64,000 nt of DNA from Candidatus Poribacteria bacterium (GTDB taxonomy: Bacteria > Poribacteria > WGA-4E > JAJDTR01): positions 3,328,001 to 3,392,000 of the forward strand of contig CBDCTK010000002.1 of assembly GCA_965222225.1 (NCBI GenBank). Direction: 5' to 3'. This document shows positions 8,899 to 19,065 of this stretch, in pieces. The position numbers were made by a program, and so were the translations under genes. Within the stretch, counting starts at the first letter, position 1. The number at the start of each line of letters is the position of its first letter. Below the pieces are notes generated by a model. The model saw only the letters and a list, made by a program, of their open reading frames with translations. It was not told the DNA's origin and ran no database searches.

Positions 8899-11855
8899 AG
8901 GTTCGGTGGGATGCGATAAGCGCGATAGAGGCGGCTCTTTAGGTCGTCCTTAACCTCCGGTTTTGATAGCTTGTTATACAGTTCCACCTTGTTATTGACA
9001 AAATCCAGCAGGATTGTGTCAAGCACTTGTCCAAATTTGTAGTGTCGGTTGCTCTCCGTATTGTCGCCCTCCATAACCTGCCGAAGGTCTTCATTCTCGT
9101 TCACCCTGCGGCGGATTGTGTCAATATCAACCTTGTCTTCCTCGGTGAAGTCTGTCTGATGGGCATTGTTCAACGCCTCAATGATACTGGAGAGCAAATC
9201 TACCTCCGGATCGGCGATGGTGCCCTCTCCACTCCCGATTCCGGGAACTTCGCTGTCCTCCGATTCAAGTTTGAGTTGCAAATCTTTATGGACTTGCTGA
9301 ACGCGAAACGAATCCAAGTCCACCGCTTCCAGCACATCGCTCACGTCGGGGTGCTCCCGTTTCGGCAGCTTTTTGTTGAGGCTGCGAGCAAAGACGTACA
9401 GTTTCTCCAGATCGGCGTCGGTGAAGGTAATCAACTGCGAGATATAGCCGTAGAGGCGGATGTAGCTTTGCAAGGCGGATCGGAACTCCTCTCGTTCCTC
9501 CTCGTCCCGGTCCGACCAGCGTTCGACAACCTCGTCCAAGATGGCCTGTATCAATTCGTCGGGTTGCTCCCCGTCATAAAAGACGAGGCAGAATCGGTTG
9601 ATGGTATCCTCGCTGTAGACGTTGAAATCCTCCAACTGGCGCTGCAGGTCGTACAACCGATTGGGGTCGGTCTCCTCCGCCAGCATCGTCGTCTGGTAAT
9701 ACTGCTGAAAGGCGGCTTGGATTCCGTCGGGTTCGTTCACGAAATCGAGCACCAGCGTATCCGTCTTGCCCTCGACGACGCGGTTCAAGCGGCTTAGGGC
9801 TTGGACGCATTGCAGCCCCTCCAGCCGTTTGTCAACGTACATGGTGTGGAGCATCGGCTCGTCGAAACCGGTCTGGAACTTGTTCGACACAATCAGAATC
9901 CGATACTTCGGACTCTTGAAGGTGTCGGGAATGGAGACGCCCGGCGGCAAACCGTTCATGCCGTTCTCGGTGTAGTCCTCTCCGTTGTCGGTGTCGTGCA
10001 CCGTGCCGCTGAAGGCGACCAGACAACCGTAAGGGAGATTCATCTCGCGCATCTGCTCCCCAAATTCCTGCTTGTAGCGGACGCAGTGAAGACGGGATCG
10101 CGTAATCAGCATCGCCCGTCCCTTACTCCCAATCGTCTTCGCCGTGTGTCGGATGAAGTGTTCAAGCATAATCTTCGTCTTCGTCTCAATGCTGTGCGGT
10201 TGTAGATCAACGTAGTTCGTCAAGGCGCGCAGCGTCCGCCCCGTCTCGTAGACTTTATCATCCTCCGCGTTCTTGACCAGTTGGAAGTACCGCTTGAAGG
10301 TGTTGTAGTTCTGCAAGACATCAAGCGTGAAGACTTCGCTGATGCTCTGTTTCATGGAATAGACGTGGAACGGGAGGAACTTTCCGTCTTCGCCCTTGCG
10401 TCCGAACAGTTCCAAGGTTTTGTTCTTGGGCGTACCGCTGAACCCGAAATAGGAGATGTGATCCTGCGCGCCCCGGAGTTCCATCTCCCGGATAATCCGC
10501 GCGTCCATATCGGATACTTCCGCGCCGTCATCATCGGCGCCCTCGTCCGCCTCTATCCCTCGCGACAGCGATGCCCTTAGGTTGCGCGCCGCCTCGCCGG
10601 TCTGGGAGGAGTGGACTTCGTCAATAATCACGGCGAAGGTTTTGCTTTTGAGTTCGCCGATGGTTTCGGCAATCACGCTGAATTTTTGTATCGTGGAGAT
10701 GATGATGTCCTTGCCGGTTTCCAGGAAGCCTCTGAGTTGCACGGAGGTCTTGTCAACGGAATGGACGACGCCTTCCACCTGCTCCGACTGCTTGATGGTC
10801 TCCTGGAGTTGTTTGTCGAGCACGCGCCGGTCGGTGACGACAATCACCGAGTCGAAGATGCGCTCCGTATCCGTCGGGGAGCGGTAGAGATGCGTCAGCA
10901 GGTGCGCCAGCCAAGCGATGGAGTTCGACTTGCCGCTGCCGGTGGCGTGTTGGATGAGGTAGTTGCGCCCGACGCCTTCCACAACGATAGCCGCTTTCAG
11001 TACCCGGATTACGTCAAGCTGGTGGTAGCGCGGAAAGACCAGTACCGACTCCTTTTTATCTTTCACCGCGCCCAAGCCGGCGTCGAAAACTTTTGTTGTG
11101 ACCTCCTGCTCATGGATGAAGTCCCCAATTAAGTGCAGCAGGTTATCGGGTTGCAGGATATCCTCCCAGAGGTAGGCGACCTTGTGACCGTCGTCGTTCA
11201 CCGGGTTTTCGATATCCCTGTTAAACGGAAAGAATCGGGTTTCGTTCCCCGCCAAGCGGGTCGTCATGGAGACCTTCTCGTTGCCCACGGCGAAGTGTAC
11301 CAGGCAGCGCTTGAATTTGAAGAGCGGCTCTCTGGGGTCTCGATCCTCCTTATACTGTTTCTCGGCGTCCGTCACCACCTGACCGGTGAGGCTGTTCTTG
11401 AGTTCCATTGTCACCAGCGGTAGACCGTTGAGGAACAATGCCATGTCCAGCGATTTTTCGTTTCGCTGCGAATACTTGAGTTGGCGGATCAGGGTGAATC
11501 GGTTCAGCGCGTGGAGGCGTTGATGGTCGGGGTTCATGCCGCTCGACGGACGGAAGTAGGTCAGGCTGAAGTTGCAGCCGCGGTCTTTCACGCCTTTGCG
11601 CAGCACATCAAGGACACCGCGGCGCTCAATCTGCATTGCGATTCGATTGAGGAGCCTATCCGGCGTCGCTGCCCCGTATTCGCGTTTAAGCCGCTCATAC
11701 TCCGTTGGTTGTGTATTTTGAATGAATTTCAGCAACTCCTCGGGAATCAGGCAGGCGTATTTGTCGTAGTCGGGGGATTGGAGTGAACGGTAGCCCGACC
11801 GGTTCAGGCGCTCTTCAATGTGGTCTTCGAAATTGGTTTCGGAGTACGTGCGCAT
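8895..11855 (-). CDS. hsdR: Type I restriction enzyme R subunit
   Basis: HsdR_N nuclease (D...ELKN), HATGSGKS Walker A, IIDEVHSSQ, and FQTGFDEP and QALSRLNR helicase motifs. Confidence 0.95.
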   Translation of the reverse strand: MRTYSETNFEDHIEERLNRSGYRSLQSPDYDKYACLIPEELLKFIQNTQPTEYERLKREYGAATPDRLLNRIAMQIERRGVLDVLRKGVKDRGCNFSLTYFRPSSGMNPDHQRLHALNRFTLIRQLKYSQRNEKSLDMALFLNGLPLVTMELKNSLTGQVVTDAEKQYKEDRDPREPLFKFKRCLVHFAVGNEKVSMTTRLAGNETRFFPFNRDIENPVNDDGHKVAYLWEDILQPDNLLHLIGDFIHEQEVTTKVFDAGLGAVKDKKESVLVFPRYHQLDVIRVLKAAIVVEGVGRNYLIQHATGSGKSNSIAWLAHLLTHLYRSPTDTERIFDSVIVVTDRRVLDKQLQETIKQSEQVEGVVHSVDKTSVQLRGFLETGKDIIISTIQKFSVIAETIGELKSKTFAVIIDEVHSSQTGEAARNLRASLSRGIEADEGADDDGAEVSDMDARIIREMELRGAQDHISYFGFSGTPKNKTLELFGRKGEDGKFLPFHVYSMKQSISEVFTLDVLQNYNTFKRYFQLVKNAEDDKVYETGRTLRALTNYVDLQPHSIETKTKIMLEHFIRHTAKTIGSKGRAMLITRSRLHCVRYKQEFGEQMREMNLPYGCLVAFSGTVHDTDNGEDYTENGMNGLPPGVSIPDTFKSPKYRILIVSNKFQTGFDEPMLHTMYVDKRLEGLQCVQALSRLNRVVEGKTDTLVLDFVNEPDGIQAAFQQYYQTTMLAEETDPNRLYDLQRQLEDFNVYSEDTINRFCLVFYDGEQPDELIQAILDEVVERWSDRDEEEREEFRSALQSYIRLYGYISQLITFTDADLEKLYVFARSLNKKLPKREHPDVSDVLEAVDLDSFRVQQVHKDLQLKLESEDSEVPGIGSGEGTIADPEVDLLSSIIEALNNAHQTDFTEEDKVDIDTIRRRVNENEDLRQVMEGDNTESNRHYKFGQVLDTILLDFVNNKVELYNKLSKPEVKDDLKSRLYRAYRIPPNL

Positions 11856-12062
11856 GGTCGGCGATTAGTACTTTACTACTAATCCCTCCGGGGTTACTCG
11901 TGTGTGATAGTTATGTGAGGGGTGTGCATAAGTGAATTTCTCAGCCTTGGTCGCACAATTTGGGCTGAGCGGAGTGAATCTTATTTACCAAGTTGCTTTG
12001 AATCCCGATCTTATCGGGGCTAATCCCTGCTGAATTTGCGATTTAGACATGCGATTCACATT

Positions 12063-12129
12063 GCGCTCCTCTGGAGCGCAGAGATTGGACGCATCACGAT
12101 TCTATTGACATCGCACTCCTCTGGAGTGC
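12063..12129. repeat. Paired GC(G/A)CTCC-n3-GGAG(C/T)GC hairpin repeat family
   Basis: Two short palindromes about 50 bp apart. The same doublet occurs in opposite orientation at ~27470-27540 and ~36476-36552. Confidence 0.7.
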
Positions 12130-12249
12130 AAGAGGTAGGAAATCTCTATTAAGGAACGCTTTCTCAAAGCTAACCAAGGATCGAAAAACGAGTGTTGCTT
12201 GCTGAAAGAATTTTTCCGACAGGAATAATGGCGCGCTACAGACATATCA

Positions 12250-12307
12250 GGATCTCTATCGCACTCACTATCCGTTCGTTTGATCACTCCTTATCCAGTC
12301 GCTTGAT
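12250..12307 (-). repeat. 35-nt GA-hairpin element plus a right half
   Basis: Full unit at 12250-12284, partial at 12285-12307. Confidence 0.85.
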
Positions 12308-12480
12308 CTCACTCTGGAGCGAAGGTTCCTATTAGACTGTTAGGACTATCTTGTATTATACTTGCTGGAGGCACGAACATGGCGAGGGCTTCGTTGACGT
12401 ATCCATTTTTTCTGTGTCATCTTCTGAATCTATTTCAGTAATAGTTATGCACACGCCTCAGTTATGTGATATGTAGATAC

Positions 12481-12511
12481 AAAAAAGGCGGGTGATGTAA
12501 ATACACCCGCC
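12481..12511 (-). terminator. Intrinsic terminator
   Basis: GGCGGGTG/CACCCGCC stem followed by a U-tract on the minus strand, downstream of the protease remnant. Confidence 0.6.
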
Positions 12512-12537
12512 ACTTTGAAGGCGCGTAAATGTCGTGA

Positions 12538-12793
12538 TTAAGGTTGAAAGTCAAGACTAAATTTGCCTGCCTTGCCATCGTATATCAATACACCAAAGCG
12601 TAAAATATCCATTCCCAGTAAACAATCAACGGTTATATCAATAGGTAATGCGGTTACACGAAAGTCATCAACGTACTTTCCATATGGTTATGTTAGGTGC
12701 GAGAATCAAGGGAAAGTGAGTAGCACGAGACACTTCCATGGGCACAGTTAGAAACTGTGTATCTTGCGCCAAGGTAGCGTCATAGGTTGGCAT
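12538..12793 (-). pseudogene. Degraded retropepsin-like aspartic protease
   Basis: The ATG overlaps the upstream stop. A C-terminal frame reads VDCLLGMDILRFGVLIYDGKAGKFSLDF. No DTG motif is present and the frame is broken. Confidence 0.55.
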
Positions 12794-13068
12794 TATCGTG
12801 CTCTCACCAGGCTTGGCATAAAGCGAATCCTAAACTCTTCATCGGTTATTTCATTGACAAGAAAGTGGGAATCCTTAAATTGCTCATTGCCTTGTTTAAC
12901 TGCATCCAGTTCGTTTTCAAAGATTCCAATTATCTCATCATCTTTGATTAAAACGAACTTTCCCTTGTGATTCTTAACAAGATTCGGCTTATTTTCCTGA
13001 AATGTCTGAAATTCTTTATCTAACATGGCGGTCACGATTATGTCCTCCATTATGTTAGCAAAAAACAC
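12793..13068 (-). CDS. Small DUF5678-like protein
   Basis: EFQTFQENKPNLVKNHKGKFVLIKDDEIIGIF pattern typical of small genes that precede retropepsin-like genes. Confidence 0.6.
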   Translation of the reverse strand: MFFANIMEDIIVTAMLDKEFQTFQENKPNLVKNHKGKFVLIKDDEIIGIFENELDAVKQGNEQFKDSHFLVNEITDEEFRIRFMPSLVRAR

Positions 13069-13123
13069 CTATACATATATTACCATATTGGCTAATTTTC
13101 TATAGCCGGTAAGCATTATTGTA

Positions 13124-14372
13124 CGGAATTAGTAGCTTGTAGCTTTTAGACTGACGACAAACATAAAACTTGGTACCCTGTCGTAAATCTTTTCGTCACA
13201 CGTAGATGTCCATAGTGACTATTCTTCTCGTAGGAGTTTGCTATGGACATTTTGAATCTTATGAAAGAGTTTCCAAATCAAGAATCTTGTCTCAGATTTA
13301 TAGAGGAAAAACGTTGGAAGGACGGTGTTTGCTGTATCCACTGTGGCAGTGAAAAAGTTGGACGCAAGAACAAAAACGACATTACTACTGGTTGGAATTG
13401 CTACGATTGTGAATCTAGCTTTTCGGCTACAGCAGGAACCATCTTCCATGGTACCAAGATACCTCTCCAGAAATGGTTTTTGGCTATCTCAATTCTTTCC
13501 AATGCCAAGAAAAGCATATCGAGTTGTCAGCTTGCTCGTGACTTGGACATGAATCAAAAGTCCGCTTGGTATATGGCAATGCGCCTCCGTGAGAAAATGA
13601 GTGATAGTGATGAATTGCTGAAAGGGATAGTTGAAGCGGACGAAACCTATGTCGGCGGCAAACCCAGAGCAAAATCTAAGAGAGGTAGAGGCACAAATAA
13701 ATCTCCCGTCATCGGCGTAGTCGAGAGAGGCGGTCGGGTGGTTGCTAAATTCATGAAGGTTCTATCTGGTGAAAATATCAGAGAATTCATCCTTAGCAAT
13801 GTCTCACCCGATGAGTCTATTCTTATGACTGATGAATTTCGCTCTTACAATAGTCTGGACGAAGATATCGAAAGACATGTTATCCATCACCAAGAGAGAT
13901 ATGTTTCTGAGGACGGCGTAACTCACACCAACACCATCGAGTCGTTTTGGGCTTGTGTCAAGAGGTCATTCTACGGAACGCATCATCACTACAGCAAGAA
14001 GTGGCTGCCACTGTATATCATGGAGTCTTGCTGGAAATATAATCGCAGAAAAGATGATGAGATTTTCATAAGATTTTTTGATGAATGCTTCACCTGAGCC
14101 ACATGAATTGTTTGGCTATCGGTATATTCTGTCAACGACAACATCATGGTGTGCTGAAAATCCCATAGTGTTGGAAATTAAAATCCCGCAGATAACCCGC
14201 AATGCTCCCGCGAGCATGTACAAACGCTTGGTCAACATGATATGCCTCCATTTCTCTCTTATAGAGATGTATTTTAGTGTGAATCAAGATTCCGAACACT
14301 GTCTAAAATGATTGTACATTAAGAAGAGAAAAGCAAGCAAATCGACCAAAAAGCAGTTAACTACTAAGTCCC
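13124..14372 (+). mobile_element. IS1595-family insertion sequence (1249 bp)
   Basis: Imperfect IRs CGGAATTAGTAG / GGGACTTAGTAG and an 8-bp target duplication TTATTGTA at 13116-13123 and 14373-14380. Confidence 0.85.
13243..14097 (+). CDS. IS1595-family transposase
   Basis: CxxC..CxxC Zn ribbon, TAGTIFHGTKIPL, VEADETYVGG, LMTDE and HTNTIESFW motifs. Confidence 0.93.
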   Translation: MDILNLMKEFPNQESCLRFIEEKRWKDGVCCIHCGSEKVGRKNKNDITTGWNCYDCESSFSATAGTIFHGTKIPLQKWFLAISILSNAKKSISSCQLARDLDMNQKSAWYMAMRLREKMSDSDELLKGIVEADETYVGGKPRAKSKRGRGTNKSPVIGVVERGGRVVAKFMKVLSGENIREFILSNVSPDESILMTDEFRSYNSLDEDIERHVIHHQERYVSEDGVTHTNTIESFWACVKRSFYGTHHHYSKKWLPLYIMESCWKYNRRKDDEIFIRFFDECFT

Positions 14373-14533
14373 TTATTGTATCATCTAAACACAGTGAAAT
14401 CAAGGTTTCCCTGACAACCGACATATCACTTCCTATCATCCTGTCGGGGTGTCTATTCTCATTTTTTCACCATACGTATGAAAAGGGATTTGTAGTCTAC
14501 GACTAGTGGGAGGGTACTAATCACCCGCACGGT

Positions 14534-15727
14534 CTACACCTCGTCCCGGACATCTATCTTGCCCGTCACAACCTCGGAGATGAGGGATTGGCGGTATTCT
14601 TTGAGGAGTTTGATGCTTTGTTCTTCGGTGGAGCGGTGTTCGTCGATTTGGCGTGTCTTGTGGTCAAGGAAGGCAGCGATTTGAAATTGTTCAGAGAGTG
14701 TAGGATATGCGATCTGGATATCCCCAACTTCGGATTCGTTTATTGATGGAACGGTGCCACCTCCCCTGTAGTACCTCTCAAAATCAACGTTTATCATCGT
14801 ATAGTACAAAAGCTTATAGTTTAATTGGGTTGAATATACGGACATCATGTTGTTGTCAATACATGAGTCTTTGACAAGGATATTTCGCTTGTTCAATAGC
14901 AATGCGGCGCCAATTTTCGGAAACACGATGCTCTTTGGTTTATGGAGCGTAAACTTGAAAGCATGAACCTCGTGGGAGGATACGGTATTTTGGGCACACA
15001 ACATTTCGACCTTGTTCGTGGGTAAATTGGTATCAGACACTTTGAAAAAAGGTACTTCCAAACTTGTTCTGCCCTGTAAATCATGCGAGAATCCATTCCC
15101 CGATTTGAGAGAACAGAAATATTTCAATTTTTTGACTTGCCAATACTTGGGTATCTCCCCAATCCAGTCTACCCCTGACGGTTTCATCTCCACATTTGGG
15201 TCAAGCCCCTTCGTCACTGCCTGATGTATCAGGGAGGCACGGTATTCACCCAGGAGTTCTATCTTTCGTTCTTTGACGCGGATGAGGTCGTCGATTTGTC
15301 CCGTCTTGTGGTCAAGGAAGTTGGCGATTTGGCGTTGTGTGGGAATTGGAGGTATTGAGGTTGGTACTTGTCGAAGGACAATCTGTGTTAATAGAGGTTG
15401 TGCAGACCCGCCCGCATAACGATTTAAGTTTAGCCCTCCAAGCAAGTAGTAAATGTATTCTATGTCGAATGAAATATCCTTCGGTTGTCCTACAATTGTG
15501 TTGTCTGAAGCCCAGAAATGCGTCTTGCAGTATTTGATCGAACCGCAATATGCACCCACACGACCAATGATTAAGCCGTTTTGATGTGTATACTCACTAC
15601 TTTGCCCTATCAAGCCGTTCGAACCATAAACTGGATATACTCCATCACCTCCTGGCTTTATGGATTTACCATTGAAGAATCTTAGCACATTGCCGAGCAC
15701 GGTAGGTTTAAAATGACTAGACTGCAT
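14534..15727 (-). CDS. hsdS: Type I restriction enzyme S subunit
   Basis: Two TRDs with conserved PP..Q.QIA.FLDHKT..ID spacers, KPSGVDWIGEIP and C-terminal EYRQSLISEVVTGKIDVR. Confidence 0.93.
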   Translation of the reverse strand: MQSSHFKPTVLGNVLRFFNGKSIKPGGDGVYPVYGSNGLIGQSSEYTHQNGLIIGRVGAYCGSIKYCKTHFWASDNTIVGQPKDISFDIEYIYYLLGGLNLNRYAGGSAQPLLTQIVLRQVPTSIPPIPTQRQIANFLDHKTGQIDDLIRVKERKIELLGEYRASLIHQAVTKGLDPNVEMKPSGVDWIGEIPKYWQVKKLKYFCSLKSGNGFSHDLQGRTSLEVPFFKVSDTNLPTNKVEMLCAQNTVSSHEVHAFKFTLHKPKSIVFPKIGAALLLNKRNILVKDSCIDNNMMSVYSTQLNYKLLYYTMINVDFERYYRGGGTVPSINESEVGDIQIAYPTLSEQFQIAAFLDHKTRQIDEHRSTEEQSIKLLKEYRQSLISEVVTGKIDVRDEV

Positions 15728-15943
15728 TAGTTGAATTCCTACGCGATTATCACTAATTCATGTCCGAATCCGGATTTCTTGGTTTTTAGGATTAAATTAA
15801 CAGGGCGGACTTTATCTGTTGCCATTTACTATTCTGAGAATCCTGATTCTGAAACCTCTGTTAAAATCATCGCCAATCAATTTAGTTTCAGCACAACCGC
15901 CCATAACATAAATGTCTAATTCAGTAAGCTTTCGCCATCCCGT

Positions 15944-16450
15944 TCAAGCGTGTCTACGTAATTGCCGAATGTCATCCTCGCAAATAAATTCAATTGTTAC
16001 GCCATTTCGACAAAATGCGTCGCGGAGTTGCCACCACTGTTTATCCATGGCTTGGAGGATGGGCGGCTTTTCGGCATGGGCACGGGCAACTGCGATAAAT
16101 TTCCGGTCGTCGGGATCGAATTTTTGCAATTCTGGGTCGTCAGGGAATTCTATGAACTCAGTTTGTGAATTTTCAATAGGCGTAATCGGAACCAATTCGC
16201 ACTGCTCCGTGTTTGTCCGATTTCGTAGGCTCCACACGAAAAACCTATCACCGGCGCCCGGTTTTCCACTTTCACTGAGATTTCTTGAATACTCGCCGAG
16301 AATTATCCAATCCGCGTCAAGAATCAATTTCATCTCGCCCTGCATAATCCGTTCTAGCCAGTTAATGCAGGATTCTTCACACTCCTTAAAGTCTTTTCCC
16401 CATTCGCCGTTGGCGAGCCTTGCTACGTTTGTATCTACAATTACCATCAT
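15944..16450 (-). CDS. PIN-like domain protein associated with an AAA ATPase
   Basis: VIVDTNV N-terminus and DPDDRKFIAVA motif. Start overlaps the ATPase stop. Confidence 0.7.
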   Translation of the reverse strand: MMVIVDTNVARLANGEWGKDFKECEESCINWLERIMQGEMKLILDADWIILGEYSRNLSESGKPGAGDRFFVWSLRNRTNTEQCELVPITPIENSQTEFIEFPDDPELQKFDPDDRKFIAVARAHAEKPPILQAMDKQWWQLRDAFCRNGVTIEFICEDDIRQLRRHA

Positions 16451-17721
16451 AATGTGTTTGCTTTCCGACGCTTAATTTCAGCTTTGGCTCTTTCTACAAC
16501 ATCACCTGCGTCATCGCCAAAGAAGTCCCGGGGCCAATTGCTAACGTTGCCGTATTCATCCATCTTCAGTGGTTCAATTTGGGATGTGCCATCGTTGATT
16601 TGGCAGGAATAGAGTGCCATGGCATCCGCCGAAATCTCTCCCTCGGCGATGCGGCGCGTCAAGCGGTGAAGCAGGTGCTCGCTGTGGCTCTCAAGGATAA
16701 TCTGGATATTCCGGTTTTTTACGACATCAATGAGGACATCCGCTAATTCGGATTGTACCTTCGGATGGAGGTGCGCTTCGGGTTGTTCGAGAATAAGGAT
16801 TGATCCTTCGCGAGCGTAGTAGCAGTCAACCAGCACCGGAAAGACTTGGGAGACGCCGAAGCCCACGTCCGTGAGCCGCACCTCGGGACCGCCCTTGTGC
16901 TTCGTGACGCGGACATCGTAACTGCCTTTTTTATTAAGATTGGGTTGGATTCGATAAGAGTCAATCAGATCCAAGCGTTGGAGCCATTCAAGTATCTGCT
17001 TCTCAATGGAGAGGAGTTGTATTCTGCCTGAAAGCAGGGCGGGAATTGCCTTTTCTCCACGCTGTCCGATGTTTTCTGGATGATCGCCCTTCCACGTGTA
17101 CCAGTGCCGTGGGGGTTCGCGCAGTGGGCCTAGGTAGTGGATTCTCTTGAATAGGTTTTCAAATGCGTCTTGGCGAGTCAAAAAAGCTTCCAAATATTTG
17201 TCCGGTCCACCACGCTGTTCAACAACTCCATAGCATCGAAACGCCTCTTTCTGTTTAGTTGAAAAATGTCTTCCGGCTGCATAATCGGGGAACGTGAACG
17301 TGTATCCCGCCCCATCTCTTACTAAATCCCATCTGGAACCGTAGCCCTCGTAACGAAAAGTATGTAAATTAGGATGCTCGGATGTTTTCTCAATGGACAT
17401 CGAAAAGGTTAAGTTTTGTCCAATCTTCATTTCTTCAGGTAGCTCACACGACACGGAAATGCGGAGGCTCAAATTCGCGTTATGTTGGTGGATGACATTA
17501 TCAAAACTGACCAAATTGACAAGCGATTCCTCAGTGCCGAAGTAGAGTGGCTCATTCCACTCCGGTGGACGCTCCACAGTCTGCTTGAGCATGAGCAGTA
17601 CCTGCAGGATACCTGTCTTGCCGGAGCTATTGGCGCCGAAGAATCCGGTCAATGGAGCGAAATCTAATTTGCCTGTGTCTTCCCATGATTTGAAATTCTC
17701 CGCTCTGAACTCGGTTATCAT
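16447..17721 (-). CDS. AAA_21/ABC-type ATPase with DUF3696-like C-terminus (copy B)
   Basis: NFKS, GANSSGKT, YLGPLR, VGFGVSQVFP, LEQPEAHLHP, ESHSEH and NWP..FF motifs. RBS GAAGGAG precedes the ATG at 17721. Confidence 0.85.
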   Translation of the reverse strand: MITEFRAENFKSWEDTGKLDFAPLTGFFGANSSGKTGILQVLLMLKQTVERPPEWNEPLYFGTEESLVNLVSFDNVIHQHNANLSLRISVSCELPEEMKIGQNLTFSMSIEKTSEHPNLHTFRYEGYGSRWDLVRDGAGYTFTFPDYAAGRHFSTKQKEAFRCYGVVEQRGGPDKYLEAFLTRQDAFENLFKRIHYLGPLREPPRHWYTWKGDHPENIGQRGEKAIPALLSGRIQLLSIEKQILEWLQRLDLIDSYRIQPNLNKKGSYDVRVTKHKGGPEVRLTDVGFGVSQVFPVLVDCYYAREGSILILEQPEAHLHPKVQSELADVLIDVVKNRNIQIILESHSEHLLHRLTRRIAEGEISADAMALYSCQINDGTSQIEPLKMDEYGNVSNWPRDFFGDDAGDVVERAKAEIKRRKANTL

Positions 17722-17743
17722 GGCTCTTGTCTCCTTCTCGTAG

Positions 17744-17770
17744 AACGTTAGTATCGACAATCACCGTCAT
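17744..17770 (-). pseudogene. N-terminal stub of a deleted PIN gene
   Basis: Reads MTVIVDTNV just after the ATPase A stop, matching MVIVDTNV of the intact PIN gene. Confidence 0.65.
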
Positions 17771-17772
17771 TA

Positions 17773-19035
17773 CTAGCTTATTCCCCGTCGATCCATTTCC
17801 GCTCTGCCTTGTCTTATCAAGTCGCCGGTGACATCGCCGAAGAACTCCTGGGGCCAATTGCTGATGTTGCCGTATTCATCAACTTGTAGCGGTTCAATTT
17901 CGGATACCCCGTCGTTAATTTGACAGAAATAGAGCGCCGTGTCATCCACGCACAGTTGTTCCTCGGCGGTGCGGAGCATTAAGCGGTGAAGCAGGTGCTC
18001 GCTGTGGCTTTCAAGGATAATCTGCAGATTTTGACTCTTCACGGCATGAATGAGAACATCACCCAGTTCGGATTGCACTTTCGGATGGAGGTGTGCCTCG
18101 GGCTGTTCGAGAATGAGGATTGAGCCTTCGGGTGCGTAATAACAGAGAATCAACACCGGCAGCACTTGGGAGACGCCGAAACCCACGTCGGTTAGTTGGA
18201 TTTCGGGACCGCCCTTGTACTTTCTGATGAGAAATTCGTAATCCTTTTCTGTACCAGAAACGGGAACAAGGCGATAGGAGTCTATCAAACCCAATTCTTG
18301 TAACCACTTCACTATTTGTTTGTCAACTGAGAGAAGTCGAACTCGCCCTGAAAGCATTGCAGGAACCATCTTTTCTCCATGCCGTCCAACCCCTTCTGGA
18401 TGGTCGCCATTCCACGTATACTGATGTCGAGGATATTCGCGCAGCGGACCTAGGTAGTGAATTCGGGCGAAAAGGTTTTCAAAAGCTTCTTCAAGGCCAG
18501 AGAAAAACCGTTGAGTAAAATCAGCAGGTGGAGAGTTGGATGACAAATCCCGAATGCCGTAGCATCGAAATAAAGATTCGATGCGTCCTTTTCCTATGGG
18601 AGTAACGGCATTGTGGTCCGGGCCTTCAGGCAAAATCTCAAAGCAATGCTCACCAACTTGGTAAGAGAACCTGCCTACACTCTTGTTATGGAAATTAAAG
18701 TAAAAATTAAGGACGTCAAGTTCATATGTATTCATAAGCATCTTCTTTTCGGGCACGCGCCACGATACAGAGATGCCAAGACTTATACCATTTCCGGACC
18801 GGTGAATAACATCATCAAAGCTACCCAAGTTGGCCAACGAATGCTCATCACCAAAGTAGAGTGGTTCATTCCAGTCCGGTGGACGCTCCACGGTCTGTTT
18901 GAGCATCAGCAACACCTGCAAGATACTGGTTTTGCCGGAGCTATTCGCACCGAAAAATCCGGTTATTGGGGCGAAACGCAATTTGCCTGTGTCTTCCCAC
19001 GATTTGAAGTTCTGTGCCCTGAGTTTCGTTATCAT
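17773..19035 (-). CDS. AAA_21/ABC-type ATPase with DUF3696-like C-terminus (copy A)
   Basis: Same motifs as copy B, with conserved termini and a divergent middle. Confidence 0.85.
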   Translation of the reverse strand: MITKLRAQNFKSWEDTGKLRFAPITGFFGANSSGKTSILQVLLMLKQTVERPPDWNEPLYFGDEHSLANLGSFDDVIHRSGNGISLGISVSWRVPEKKMLMNTYELDVLNFYFNFHNKSVGRFSYQVGEHCFEILPEGPDHNAVTPIGKGRIESLFRCYGIRDLSSNSPPADFTQRFFSGLEEAFENLFARIHYLGPLREYPRHQYTWNGDHPEGVGRHGEKMVPAMLSGRVRLLSVDKQIVKWLQELGLIDSYRLVPVSGTEKDYEFLIRKYKGGPEIQLTDVGFGVSQVLPVLILCYYAPEGSILILEQPEAHLHPKVQSELGDVLIHAVKSQNLQIILESHSEHLLHRLMLRTAEEQLCVDDTALYFCQINDGVSEIEPLQVDEYGNISNWPQEFFGDVTGDLIRQGRAEMDRRGIS

Positions 19036-19065
19036 AGCCTATACCTCCTTTCCGTCCGTCTAAAT

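Noticed and set aside
9027-11786. Long antisense ORFs inside hsdR, hsdM, the TonB receptor and the CTD protein
   Set aside because: Shadow frames of GC3-rich genes with no independent support.
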